Of a stretch of DNA of 64,000 nucleotides, positions 18,774-27,723 are shown piece after piece. The notes beneath the pieces are model-generated. The model ran no database searches and was not told the DNA's origin. It was given only the letters and a program-made list of their open reading frames with translations. Both the position numbers and the translations under genes were made by a program. Numbering within the stretch: the stretch's first letter is position 1; every line of letters begins with the position of its first letter. The DNA comes from an uncultured Actinomycetes bacterium (GTDB lineage: Bacteria; Actinomycetota; Thermoleophilia; Gaiellales; Gaiellaceae), in the NCBI GenBank assembly GCA_963809075.1, contig CAWEIM010000015.1, forward strand, positions 20,465-84,464. Direction: 5' to 3'.

Positions 18774-21700
18774 GTGGCCCGTTTTCTGTACCGGCTCGGA
18801 CTCGCGACCGCGCGCCACAAGTGGGTGGTCCTCAGCATCTGGCTCGTCGCGGTCGTCGGTGCCGTGCTGGTGTTCAAGGTCATTGGGAGCAACACGAGCA
18901 ACAACCTGCGGCTTCCGGGCACGGACAGCCAGAAGGCGACCGACCTGCTCACGAAAAAGTTCCCGCCGCAGCAGAACGGCTCGAGCCCGGTCGTCTTCTA
19001 CGCGAAGTCGAGCAAGGTCAGCGCGAAGCAGAACAAGCAGGCGATCGTCACCTCGTACAAGGCGATCAAGAAGCTGCCGCACGTCTATAGCGCGACGAGC
19101 CCCTTCAGCCAGGCGGGCGAAGCCTCGGAAATCAGCAAGGACAAGCACACAGCCTTTATCTCCGTCATCCTGAGCGTCGGCTCGGCGAATCTGACCGACG
19201 AAATCGCGAACTCCGTCCTGGACGCGGCGGCACCGGGCAAGGCCGCGGGGATGCAGGTCGCGGTGGGCGGCCCGATCGGGTCGGAGCTCTCCGAGCCGCA
19301 TACCGAGAGCAGCACGATCATCGGTCTCGTCGCCGCGATGATCATCCTCGCCTTCACCTTCGGCACGTTCGTCGCGATGGGGATGCCGATCCTGTCGGCC
19401 ATCTTCGGTCTCATCTGCGGGCTCGCCATCATCGGGCTCCTCGGTCACGTGGTGACCGTGCCGACGATCGTTCCGACGCTCGCAACGATGATCGGGCTCG
19501 GCGTCGGGATCGACTACGCGCTCTTCATGGTGTCGCGCTACCGCGCGAACCGAAAGGACGGCATGGAGTTAGACGAGGCCATCGCGCGCGCCGTCGCGAC
19601 CGCGGGAAGCGCGATCTGCTTCGCCGGCGGAACTGTCGTCGTCGCCCTGGTCACGCTGCTCATCACCGGCATCCCGCTCGTGACGACGCTCGGGTACACC
19701 TCTGCGTTCGCGGTGATCACGGCCGTTTTCGCTGCGCTGACGTTCCTCCCGGCGGTGCTCTCGCTTCTCGGAGACCACATCGAGTCAGCGCGCATGCCGT
19801 CGTTCATGCGGCCAAAGCCGAAGGAGCCGGGGCACGGATTCTGGGCCGCCTGGGCGCGCTTCGTCACTGGGCACCCATGGATGGCGATGGGTGCGGCCAC
19901 GCTCATCCTCGTACCCCTGATCATCCCTCTGACGTCGCTCCAGCTCGGGCAGGAGGACATCGCCGCCACGCCCAAGAAAACCCAGGAGCGCCAGGCGTAC
20001 GACCTCATGGCCCGGGGCTTCGGCGCGGGCTACAACGGGCCGCTGCTGGTGGCGGTCTCACTGCATCCGAAGGCGAAGACGAGCAACACGTTCTTCACGA
20101 AGAAGAAGCAGGCGGAGAACCTCCAGACCCAGCTGAAGAGCGAGCAGAAGAGCGGGAACAAGCAGAAGAAGCAGCTCCAACAAGGGCAGCAGAGCGTGGA
20201 GCAGTCGCAGGCGTCACTCGAGAAACAGCAGAAGCAGCTGGAGGCGCAGCAGAAGCAGTTGGAGTCGGATGCCGACCAGCTGCAGGCCGAGCAGAAACAG
20301 CTCGTCGCTCAGAAGAACAGCATCACCAAGGAACAGAACGCGCTCCTGAAGCAATCGAAGGACCTCGAGACGCAGGCGAAGTCGCTGAGCTCACAGGCGG
20401 CGACGGCCGGGAAGAAAGCTGCGCAGGACGCAGAAGCGCTCGCCAAGACCGAGGCGAATATCCGCGCCGTCGAGAAGAAGCTGGCGAAGACCAACAATCC
20501 CGAGAAGCAGAAGAACCTCGAGGCGCAGCTCGATCAGCTGCTCCAGACCGAGCAACAACAGCAGGACGCCTTGACGGCGGCTCAGAAGCAGCAAGCGCAG
20601 CTGCGGGGCCAGCTCGAGCAGCTCCTGAACGAGTCGCAGGAGGTTGCCCAAAAGCAGAAGGATCTTGCGCAGTCGACGGTCTCGCTCGCGGATCAGGCCG
20701 TGGAGCTGGGCAAGCAGGCGTACGCGATCAACCAGCAGGACATCACGCTGACCCAGCAGGCCGCGAACGTCCAGGTCTCCGCCGCGAACACGCAGACGCA
20801 GGCGGCAAACCTGAAGACGCAGAAGGTCCAGCTCCAGGCGCAGCAGAAGCAGGCCAAGCAGCAGCAACAGCAGGCCGAGCAGCTACAGACCCAGCTGACG
20901 AACGAGTTGACCAAGGCCGGCGGCGACGAACGCGGAACGGATCCCCGCCTCGTCAAGCTGCAGAACGCGCTTTCGAGCACCAAGGGCGTCCAGGTCGTTT
21001 CGCCGCCCAACATCAACAAGTCCGGGGACGCGGTGGTCTTCTCGGCCGTCCCCACCACCGATCCAGCGTTGCCCGCAACCGCCAAGCTCGTGAATCGGCT
21101 GCGCGACGACATCATTCCCGGCGCGATCACGACCAAAGGCGAGCGCGCGTATGTGGGCGGAAGCACCGCATCCAATGTCGACCTCGCCGCCGGGATCTCG
21201 TCGCGGCTCGTTCTCGTGATCCTGGCCGTCGTTCTCCTCAGCTTCATCATCCTGCTCATGGCGTACCGGTCGGTGATCGTCGGCGCGCAAGCGGCGCTCG
21301 TCAACGTGCTCTCGGTATCGGCGGCGTTCGGCGTGCTCACTGCCTTCTTCCAGTGGGGGTGGGGGCTCGGCGTCATCGGCCTTGACGTGCCGAGTGGCAC
21401 CGACCCGATCGCGAGCTACGTCCCGCTCATGATGTTCGCCGTGCTGTTCGGTCTCTCCATGGATTACCAGGTGTTCCTGCTCAGCCAGGTCGAGCACCAT
21501 CGCGCGCAGGGGGAGGGAACGCGCGAGTCGGTCCAGAACGGCCTGGCCGCGAGCTCGAAGGTGATCGCGGCGGCTGCGCTGATCATGATCTCCGTGTTCG
21601 GGAGCTTCATCCTCGACGGCGACCCGACAGTGAAGCAGTTCGGCGTAGGCCTCGCGGTCGGCGTGCTGTTGGCCGCGACGAACGTCCTGCTGCTTTCGCC

Positions 21701-21845
21701 GGCGCTGCTCGTACTCGGCTCGAAGGCAAGCTGGTGGGTCCCGCAGTGGATGGACAAGATCCTTCCGCACCTCGATATCGAGGGAAAGAACATGGACAAG
21801 GTTCCGCAGCCGGCCCCGCAAGCACCTCCAGTCGTCGGGAGCTGA
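18774..21845 (+). CDS. MMPL/RND-superfamily transporter with a roughly 270-aa coiled-coil insertion in the second extracytoplasmic loop
   Basis: Intact, 1023 aa. It has two 6-TM bundles (GLVAAMIILAFTFGTF...GIDYALFMVSRYR and LVLVILAVVLLSFIILL...GLSMDYQVFLLSQV). Residues encoded at about 20100-20915 are a Q/K/E/A/L-rich heptad sequence. Confidence 0.9.
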   Translation: MARFLYRLGLATARHKWVVLSIWLVAVVGAVLVFKVIGSNTSNNLRLPGTDSQKATDLLTKKFPPQQNGSSPVVFYAKSSKVSAKQNKQAIVTSYKAIKKLPHVYSATSPFSQAGEASEISKDKHTAFISVILSVGSANLTDEIANSVLDAAAPGKAAGMQVAVGGPIGSELSEPHTESSTIIGLVAAMIILAFTFGTFVAMGMPILSAIFGLICGLAIIGLLGHVVTVPTIVPTLATMIGLGVGIDYALFMVSRYRANRKDGMELDEAIARAVATAGSAICFAGGTVVVALVTLLITGIPLVTTLGYTSAFAVITAVFAALTFLPAVLSLLGDHIESARMPSFMRPKPKEPGHGFWAAWARFVTGHPWMAMGAATLILVPLIIPLTSLQLGQEDIAATPKKTQERQAYDLMARGFGAGYNGPLLVAVSLHPKAKTSNTFFTKKKQAENLQTQLKSEQKSGNKQKKQLQQGQQSVEQSQASLEKQQKQLEAQQKQLESDADQLQAEQKQLVAQKNSITKEQNALLKQSKDLETQAKSLSSQAATAGKKAAQDAEALAKTEANIRAVEKKLAKTNNPEKQKNLEAQLDQLLQTEQQQQDALTAAQKQQAQLRGQLEQLLNESQEVAQKQKDLAQSTVSLADQAVELGKQAYAINQQDITLTQQAANVQVSAANTQTQAANLKTQKVQLQAQQKQAKQQQQQAEQLQTQLTNELTKAGGDERGTDPRLVKLQNALSSTKGVQVVSPPNINKSGDAVVFSAVPTTDPALPATAKLVNRLRDDIIPGAITTKGERAYVGGSTASNVDLAAGISSRLVLVILAVVLLSFIILLMAYRSVIVGAQAALVNVLSVSAAFGVLTAFFQWGWGLGVIGLDVPSGTDPIASYVPLMMFAVLFGLSMDYQVFLLSQVEHHRAQGEGTRESVQNGLAASSKVIAAAALIMISVFGSFILDGDPTVKQFGVGLAVGVLLAATNVLLLSPALLVLGSKASWWVPQWMDKILPHLDIEGKNMDKVPQPAPQAPPVVGS

Positions 21846-21929
21846 CTAGCGCACCCTCAACCTTCTCCGTGATGTCTGCCGCCGCGGCGGCGTATAGGCG
21901 GTGTAGTGACCGCCAACAAGGAGAAGACG

Positions 21930-22631
21930 ATGAGGGTCGCACGAATCGCAGTGCTCGTCGCCGCCGTCGCCGCCGTCGCGGCGTTCATCGGCGTCGGGCT
22001 CCCCGAGGGAGCGAAAGGTTCGGCCGATCAGCCCGGACACACGATCACCGTCAACGGGAGCGGCACTTCCACGGCCGTCCCGGACGAGGCCCAGTTCTGC
22101 TTCGACGTGGAGGACCATGCGGACACGGCCGAGGCGGCGTCGAACGCCAACGCCGATGCCATGCGCAGCGTCATTGCCGCCCTACGCCGCGCCGGAGTCG
22201 CCGACCGGGACATGCAGACCGTCCAGGTCTCGGTCTCGCCCATCTACAACGACGCCGGTTCGAAGGTAACCGGGTACGTCGCAACGAACTCGGTCTGTGC
22301 GACGACGAGCGTCGCGGACGCAGGATCAGTCGCCGAAGCGGCTCTGAAGGCCGGAGCCGACCGCGTCGACGGCCCGAACCTGACGAAGGCCGACTCCGAC
22401 AAGCTCTACGACGACGCGCTCCGCGCCGCCGTGGCCGACGCTCGGTCGCGCGCGGGAGTTCTCGCGGATGCCGCCGGCGTTGACGTCGGCGCAGTCGTTT
22501 CGATCGCGGAAGGTTCTGAGCCCTCCTACCCGGTTGCCTACGACCTCGCGATGGCGAGCCCGGAAGCCCCGATCCAGGCGGGGACGCAGGACATCGAGGC
22601 GACCGTCACCGTTACGTACGCAATTGCCTAG
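21930..22631 (+). CDS. SIMPL (DUF541) domain protein, secreted or anchored
   Basis: AAGGAG lies 7 nt before ATG 21930. MRVARIAVLVAAVAAVAAFIG is a signal or anchor, and the ORF ends ...GTQDIEATVTVTYAIA. Confidence 0.7.
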   Translation: MRVARIAVLVAAVAAVAAFIGVGLPEGAKGSADQPGHTITVNGSGTSTAVPDEAQFCFDVEDHADTAEAASNANADAMRSVIAALRRAGVADRDMQTVQVSVSPIYNDAGSKVTGYVATNSVCATTSVADAGSVAEAALKAGADRVDGPNLTKADSDKLYDDALRAAVADARSRAGVLADAAGVDVGAVVSIAEGSEPSYPVAYDLAMASPEAPIQAGTQDIEATVTVTYAIA

Positions 22632-23341
22632 CCCTTTTCGACAGGGAGGTCGAGCTGCTCCCACTCGCTCCACGAGCCGGGATACAGCGTTGCGTCAGAC
22701 CTCCCCGCGCGGACGAGGTTGAGGAGCTGGACCGTCGCGGTCACGCCCGAACCGCAGTAGACGGCCACCTCCTCGGCCTCGAGGGCTTCCTTCGGGAGCG
22801 CGCCGGTGTAGGGCGCGTTCCTCGCGCCCGGAATGCGGCCTGGGATGCGGTCGACCGGGTTCGGCTCGCCGCGGTAGCGCTCCGGCAGTCGCGCGTCGAG
22901 GACGAGCAGTCGCGGATCGTTCACGCGGGCGGCGAGCTCCGCCGCCGTGATGGTGTCGTCGTCGCGCTCGCGCGGCACGAAGCTCGGCCGGCATCGATCT
23001 CCTCCTCGCCCGACGCCAGCGGCCCGCGCCAGCTCCTCGAAGTCGATCACCGCGCAGTCGTCGTGGCCGAAGTGTCGGAGCAGCCACCAGAGCCGTTCCG
23101 CGCCGCCCATGTTCCCGTAGGCGACGACGAAGACGCCGTCGCCGATGCCCGCTCGGCTCGCGGCCTGCCTGAACGCGTCCGCCGACGGCAGCGGGTGCCG
23201 CCCTCCGGCTCCGGGTGGCGCGGACAGGTCGGCGTCGACGTCCAGGTAGCTCGCGCCGGGAATGTGCCCGGCGAGGTAGAGCTCGCGCCCTGCTCCCGGC
23301 TCGCCGAGCGTCCAGCGGCAGTCGACGAACTGGTAACGCAC
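22628..23341 (-). CDS. Rhodanese-domain sulfurtransferase (thiosulfate/3-mercaptopyruvate type)
   Basis: Tandem rhodanese layout with YLAGHIPGASYLD and active-site YCGSGVTATV, ending YPGSWSEWE. The linker at about 22985-23050 reads better in another frame (SRSWRGPLASGEEEIDAG), which suggests two compensating indels. Confidence 0.8.
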   Translation of the reverse strand: MRYQFVDCRWTLGEPGAGRELYLAGHIPGASYLDVDADLSAPPGAGGRHPLPSADAFRQAASRAGIGDGVFVVAYGNMGGAERLWWLLRHFGHDDCAVIDFEELARAAGVGRGGDRCRPSFVPRERDDDTITAAELAARVNDPRLLVLDARLPERYRGEPNPVDRIPGRIPGARNAPYTGALPKEALEAEEVAVYCGSGVTATVQLLNLVRAGRSDATLYPGSWSEWEQLDLPVEKG

Positions 23342-23350
23342 GGCTCCAGG

Positions 23351-24739
23351 TTAGGCCGCTTCGGCGATCTCCTCCTCGTCCTCGGCCGGCGGAAGCTCGT
23401 GCTTGTGGGCGAGGAGATGGCTGTGCGACTCCGTTCCGTAGCCGCCGGGGACTGGGATGTAGAACTCGGGATAGCCCCACATGCCGTGCTCGGAGACGTC
23501 GAGCCCCGCGGTCTCCACATGCTCCTCGACTCGGATTCCCCAGAGCTTGTGCATCACCCAGAGGCAGCCAAAGGACGCTGAGAAGGTGAAGGTGCCGACC
23601 GCGAGCAGCCCGAGCAGCTGCACCCAGATCTGGTGGAAGGAACCGGTGTAGACGAGGCCGCCGGTTCCGGTCTTGAGCGTGGCGGCAAGAGCCGGAACCG
23701 CGAACAGCCCCGTTGCGAGCGTCCCCCAGACCCCTGACATCCCATGCACGGCGACCGCGCCGATCGGGTCGTCGATCCCGATCCGCTCGACCCAGAGCAC
23801 GCCGAGCACCGCGATCACGCCGGAGACGAGGCCGATCACGACCGCTGCCCACGGCGCCACGAAGCCCGATGCCGCCGTGACCGCGACCAGCGCGGCGAGG
23901 ACGCCGTTCAGCATCATCGAGATGTCGGCCTTCTTGAGGACCAGACGCGCAGTCAGCGCACCGCTGCAAGCGCCGGCTGCGGCAGCGAGGTTGGTCGTCA
24001 GTGCGACGTAGCCGAAGTAGCCGAGCTTGTCGCCGGTGACGACGGCGAGGGTGGAGCCGGGGTTGAAGCCGAACCAGCCGAACCAGAGGATGATCGTCCC
24101 GAGCACGGCGTACGGGATGTTGTGCCCGGGGATCGGGTTGCCGCGGCCGCCGGCGAACTTCCCGATGCGCGGGCCGAGCAGGATCGCGCCGGCCAGCGCG
24201 GCGAGCGCGCCCTGGTAGTGGACGACGGTCGAGCCGGCGAAGTCCTGCATCCCCAGGCCGAAGAGCCAGCCGCCGCCCCAGATCCAGTGTGAGGTGACCG
24301 AGTAGATGACGGTGAAGGCGACACCGAACGCGAAGTAGACCCAGAGCTTCGCGCGCTCGGCCATCGCGCCCCAGACGATCGCCAGCGACACGCCGGCGAA
24401 GACGACCTCGAAGAGGTACCCCGCGGCGCCCGGGATCGTGGTGAAGAACTCGAACGGCGCCTTTCCGACCTCGAGCAGCGAGTCGACGGACGGGAAGAAC
24501 CCGTCGGTGCCGAAGACGGCGTTCCCCTTGCTGAAGGCGATCCCGAACCCGACCGCCCAGTAGACCAGCGAGCAGACGCCGAAGATGAGGACGTTCTTGC
24601 CGGCGATGTGCGCCGCGTTCTTCATCCGCGTCAGCCCGGCCTCGAGGAAGGCGAACCCGGCCTGCATGAACATGACGAGGACGGCCGCCACGACCACCCA
24701 GACGGTGTTGACGGCGATGAGGATGTCGGTCTTGCTCAC
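23351..24739 (-). CDS. amt: Ammonium transporter
   Basis: VLVMFMQAGFAFLEAG, FAGSTVVHYQGALAALAGA, WFGWFGFNPGS and AVHGMSGVWGTLATGLF. The GTG start overlaps the glnK stop (GTGA). Confidence 0.9.
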   Translation of the reverse strand: MSKTDILIAVNTVWVVVAAVLVMFMQAGFAFLEAGLTRMKNAAHIAGKNVLIFGVCSLVYWAVGFGIAFSKGNAVFGTDGFFPSVDSLLEVGKAPFEFFTTIPGAAGYLFEVVFAGVSLAIVWGAMAERAKLWVYFAFGVAFTVIYSVTSHWIWGGGWLFGLGMQDFAGSTVVHYQGALAALAGAILLGPRIGKFAGGRGNPIPGHNIPYAVLGTIILWFGWFGFNPGSTLAVVTGDKLGYFGYVALTTNLAAAAGACSGALTARLVLKKADISMMLNGVLAALVAVTAASGFVAPWAAVVIGLVSGVIAVLGVLWVERIGIDDPIGAVAVHGMSGVWGTLATGLFAVPALAATLKTGTGGLVYTGSFHQIWVQLLGLLAVGTFTFSASFGCLWVMHKLWGIRVEEHVETAGLDVSEHGMWGYPEFYIPVPGGYGTESHSHLLAHKHELPPAEDEEEIAEAA

Positions 24740-25068
24740 ATCTGCCTCCCGGTCCGGTTGTGGGTGACGTTCGAGACGGGGCACGACCAGACGAGGCCGT
24801 CCCCCGCCTCGTTGCCGCTGCGGGCGGCGTCGACGATCGCGTCGACCACCGCCCGCACGGCGCTGTCCTCGACGACGAAGGTCAGGAGGGCCTTCGGGAG
24901 GAAACGGGACTCGAACACGCGGCCGCGGTACTCGTGCGTGATGCCGCGCTCGCGGCCGTGGCCGACCGCCTCGACGACGGTCACGCCCACGTGTCCCGTC
25001 TGCTCCTCCACCGCGTCGATCACCGTCTCGACGCGCTCGCGGATGACCACCGCCTCGACCTTCTGCAC
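24736..25068 (-). CDS. glnK: P-II family nitrogen regulatory protein
   Basis: 110 aa: MQKVEAVVIRERVETVIDAV...GVTVVEAVGHGRERGITHEYRG...PKALLTFVV...GDGLVW, with a P-II fold pattern and T-loop. The GTG start is 4 nt after the glnA stop. Confidence 0.8.
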   Translation of the reverse strand: MQKVEAVVIRERVETVIDAVEEQTGHVGVTVVEAVGHGRERGITHEYRGRVFESRFLPKALLTFVVEDSAVRAVVDAIVDAARSGNEAGDGLVWSCPVSNVTHNRTGRQM

Positions 25069-25072
25069 GGCT

Positions 25073-26515
25073 TCAGCAGTCGTAATAGAGGGCGAACTCG
25101 GCCGGGTGGGGCCGGAGCCGGATCGCGTCCACCTCGGTCTCGCGCTTGTACGCGATCCAGGTCTCGATCAGCTCCTCCGAGAAGACGCCGCCTCTCGTCA
25201 GGAACTCGTGGTCTGTCTCGAGCGCGTCGAGCGCCTCGGCGAGCGAGCCCGGTACCTGCGGGACGTCCGCCGCCTCCTCGAAGAGGTCGAAGTCGGCCGG
25301 CTTGCCGGGATCGAGCCCCTGCTCGACTCCGTCCAGCCCCGCCATGAGCATCGCCGAGAAGGCGAGGTACGGGTTCGCCGCCGCGTCCGGGCAGCGGAAC
25401 TCGACGCGCTTCGCCTTGGGCGACTCGGAGTACATCGGGATGCGGATGCAGGCCGAGCGGTTGCGCTGCGAGTAGACGAGGTTGACCGGCGCCTCGTAGC
25501 CGGGCACGAGCCGGCGGTACGAGTTCGTCGTCGGCGCGCAGAACGCGAGCAGCGCCGGTGCGTGCGTGAGCAGTCCGCCGACGTAGCAGCGGGCAAGCTG
25601 CGAGAGGCCCGCGTAGCCGGACTTGTCCGCCATCAGCGGCGTGCCCTCCTTCCAGAGGGACTGGTGGCAGTGCATCCCCGAGCCGTTGTCGCCGAAGAGC
25701 GGCTTCGGCATGAACGTCGCGGTCTTCCCCGCCGCGTGGGCGACGTTCTTGACCACGTACTTGTAGGTCATGACCTGATCGGCCATGCGCAGCAGCGACT
25801 GGAAGCGGAGGTCGATCTCGCACTGGCCGCCCGAGGCGACCTCGTGGTGGTGGAACTCGCACGGGATGCCGAGCTTCTCGAGCGTCAGCACCATGCGGGT
25901 GCGGAGGTCGTGGAGCGTGTCGTGCGGCGCGGGCGGGAAGTACCCCTCCTTCTGGCGCACGGTGTAGCCGAGCCCGGGCTCGCCCGAGTTCCAGTGGCCC
26001 TCCGCCGAGTCGATCGCGTAGTGCGCCTTGTGGTCGGCGATCTCGTAGCTGACCGAGTCGAGCACGAAGAACTCGCACTCGGGGCCGACGTAGCACGTGT
26101 CGGCGATGTTGGTCGCGCGCAGGTACTCCTCCGCGCGCTTGGCCACGCGGCGCGGATCCTTCGCGTACGGCTCGTGCGTGATCGGGTCGACGATCTCGCA
26201 GATGAGCGACAGCGTCGGCGCCTCGGTGAACGGATCGAGGATCGCGCTCGACGGGTCCGGCATGAGCAGCATGTCCGACTCGGCGATGCCCTGCCAGCCG
26301 CGGATGGACGAGCCGTCGAACCCGAGCCCCTCGTCGAAGCACGATTCGTCGAAGGACGTGAGCGGCAGCGTCATGTGCTGCCACGAGCCGAGCAGGTCGC
26401 AGAACTTGAGGTCGACCATCGTCGCCTGCGTCTGACCCGCCCATTCGAGCGCCTCGGCGGGAGCGGGCTTCTCCGCGCCCCCGTTCGCCAGGTAGTGCTT
26501 GGTCTGTTCCTCCAC
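25073..26515 (-). CDS. glnA: Glutamine synthetase type I (beta-like)
   Basis: [65 protein letters not shown] and [13 protein letters not shown]. The GTG start at 26515 is preceded by AAGGGAGGAGGAGAG. Product is 480 aa. Confidence 0.9.
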   Translation of the reverse strand: MEEQTKHYLANGGAEKPAPAEALEWAGQTQATMVDLKFCDLLGSWQHMTLPLTSFDESCFDEGLGFDGSSIRGWQGIAESDMLLMPDPSSAILDPFTEAPTLSLICEIVDPITHEPYAKDPRRVAKRAEEYLRATNIADTCYVGPECEFFVLDSVSYEIADHKAHYAIDSAEGHWNSGEPGLGYTVRQKEGYFPPAPHDTLHDLRTRMVLTLEKLGIPCEFHHHEVASGGQCEIDLRFQSLLRMADQVMTYKYVVKNVAHAAGKTATFMPKPLFGDNGSGMHCHQSLWKEGTPLMADKSGYAGLSQLARCYVGGLLTHAPALLAFCAPTTNSYRRLVPGYEAPVNLVYSQRNRSACIRIPMYSESPKAKRVEFRCPDAAANPYLAFSAMLMAGLDGVEQGLDPGKPADFDLFEEAADVPQVPGSLAEALDALETDHEFLTRGGVFSEELIETWIAYKRETEVDAIRLRPHPAEFALYYDC

Positions 26516-26540
26516 CTCTCCTCCTCCCTTAAATGCGGAA

Positions 26541-26568
26541 GGCCCCAGAGCCGGAAAGCTCTGAGGCC
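26541..26568 (-). promoter_or_regulatory. 11-bp hairpin in the glnA leader, ending 25 nt before the start codon
   Basis: On the minus-strand RNA: GGCCUCAGAGC-UUUCCG-GCUCUGGGGCC (one G.U pair), followed by UUCCGCAUUUAAGGGAGGAGGAGAG-GUG. Confidence 0.4.
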
Positions 26569-26718
26569 CCATTGCCTCCGCGCAGACCTTCCCGGCCCAC
26601 GCGAGATCGACCCTAACCGCGGCCGCCGGACGGAAAGCCAAGCTGTGCCGAAAGCGATTTGATTTCGCGCCGACGCGGCTGGTAGGGTGGCTCTCGGCAT
26701 GTTCCTCGGCTGAGTACC

Positions 26719-26725
26719 CATATTC
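26719..26725. promoter_or_regulatory. Shared AT-rich box (CATATTC) that could serve as -10 for both divergent transcripts (ABC operon and glnA)
   Basis: It reads CATATT on the plus strand and GAATAT on the minus strand. It is the only AT-rich hexamer in the 283-nt divergent intergenic region. It implies a leader of about 200 nt for glnA and about 70 nt for the ABC gene. Confidence 0.3.
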
Positions 26726-26798
26726 GCGCCCGCGCGCCCGGCTGGGTCTTCGCCGAGCGCGCCCGTTCTCGTACTCGCCGACCTCCAGGAGCACGCCG

Positions 26799-27723
26799 AT
26801 GATCCAAACAGCCGAACACACGTCCAGCCTCGAGATGGCCTCGCCGTCTGAGCCTGCAGCCGTGCCGGCGCTCGAGGTCCGCGACCTGCGGAAGGAGTTC
26901 ATCCGCCGCGACGGGGGCAAGCGTCAGGGCTGGCGCCGCAAGCGCCGGCGCGTTCCCGCGCTGAAGGGCGTCTCCTTCACGATGGAGCGCGGTGAGACGC
27001 TCGCGATCCTGGGCCAGAACGGCTCGGGCAAGTCGACCCTGGTCCGGCTCCTCTCGACGCTGCTGCTGCACGACGGCGGAACCGCCGAGATCTTCGGTCA
27101 CGACGTCTTCAAGGACCAGCGCCAGGTTCGCCGGCTCGTCAACCGGGTCTCGGTGGAGGCCTCCTTCTTCAAGAAGATGTCCGCCGTCGAGAACCTGAGC
27201 TACGCCGCGCGCTTCTACGGGATGCGCGGGAGCGAGACGAAGGACAAGATCCCGGAGATCCTGACGCGGGTCGGCTTCCCCGAGGACCGCCGGCGAGAGC
27301 CGATGGAGAACCTGTCCCGCGGGATGCAGCAGAAGGTCGCGCTGGCGCGCGCCCTGCTGACCTCGCCCGGTGATGCTGCTCCTGGACGAGCCGACGACGG
27401 GTCTCGATCCTCGCTCGAAGCTCGAGGTCCAGGATTTCATCCGCGAGATCCGACAGACGCACGACTCGACGATCCTCCTCTGCACGCACGACCTCGACGA
27501 GGCCGAGGCTCTCGCCGACCGCGTCGGGATCCTCGACCGCGGCGAGCTGCTGGTGCTCGAGCCGGCCGATCAGCTCAAGGCTCGGTACGGCGCCGCCACG
27601 CTCGAGGAAGCGTTCTTCGCGGCGACCGGCAAGTCGTTCGAGGAAGAGGGCGACGACGAGGACGAGCAAGAAGGGAGGACGACTGATGCAGGGCGCCGCC
27701 GCAACGCATCCGCCACGAGATGA
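26799..27723 (+). pseudogene. ABC transporter ATP-binding protein (DrrA/ABC-2 type); one frame break at 27369-27370
   Basis: Walker A GQNGSGKST, signature LSRGMQQKVALA, then Walker B MLLLDEPTTGLD and H-loop LCTHD in the next frame. There is one extra G in a run. AGGAG lies 8 nt before ATG 26799. The stop overlaps the permease start (ATGA). Confidence 0.85.

Noticed and set aside
20100-20915. Repetitive CAG/AAG-rich DNA as a possible CRISPR array or non-coding tandem repeat.
   Set aside because: It is in frame within the MMPL gene and encodes heptad Q/K/E/L repeats. There are no spacer-repeat units.
21846-21929. GCCGCCGCGGCGGC palindrome after the MMPL gene as a terminator.
   Set aside because: It leaves no loop-forming spacer and has no T tract, and it is ordinary GC-rich sequence. 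I am not confident enough to call it.
26620-26645. GGACGGAAAGCC in the glnA upstream region, reminiscent of the glutamine riboswitch core.
   Set aside because: The motif is on the plus strand, antisense to the glnA leader. The flanks lack the pairing elements I remember for the glnA RNA motif.
26650-26725. Actinobacterial GlnR box (gTnAc-n6-GaAAc) or TnrA/GlnR palindrome (TGTNA-n7-TNACA) in the glnA/ABC intergenic region.
   Set aside because: I could not find either consensus at the correct spacing. Only the AAATCAAATC tandem and a loose GAAA-n9-TTTC are present. A position-weight-matrix scan is needed.
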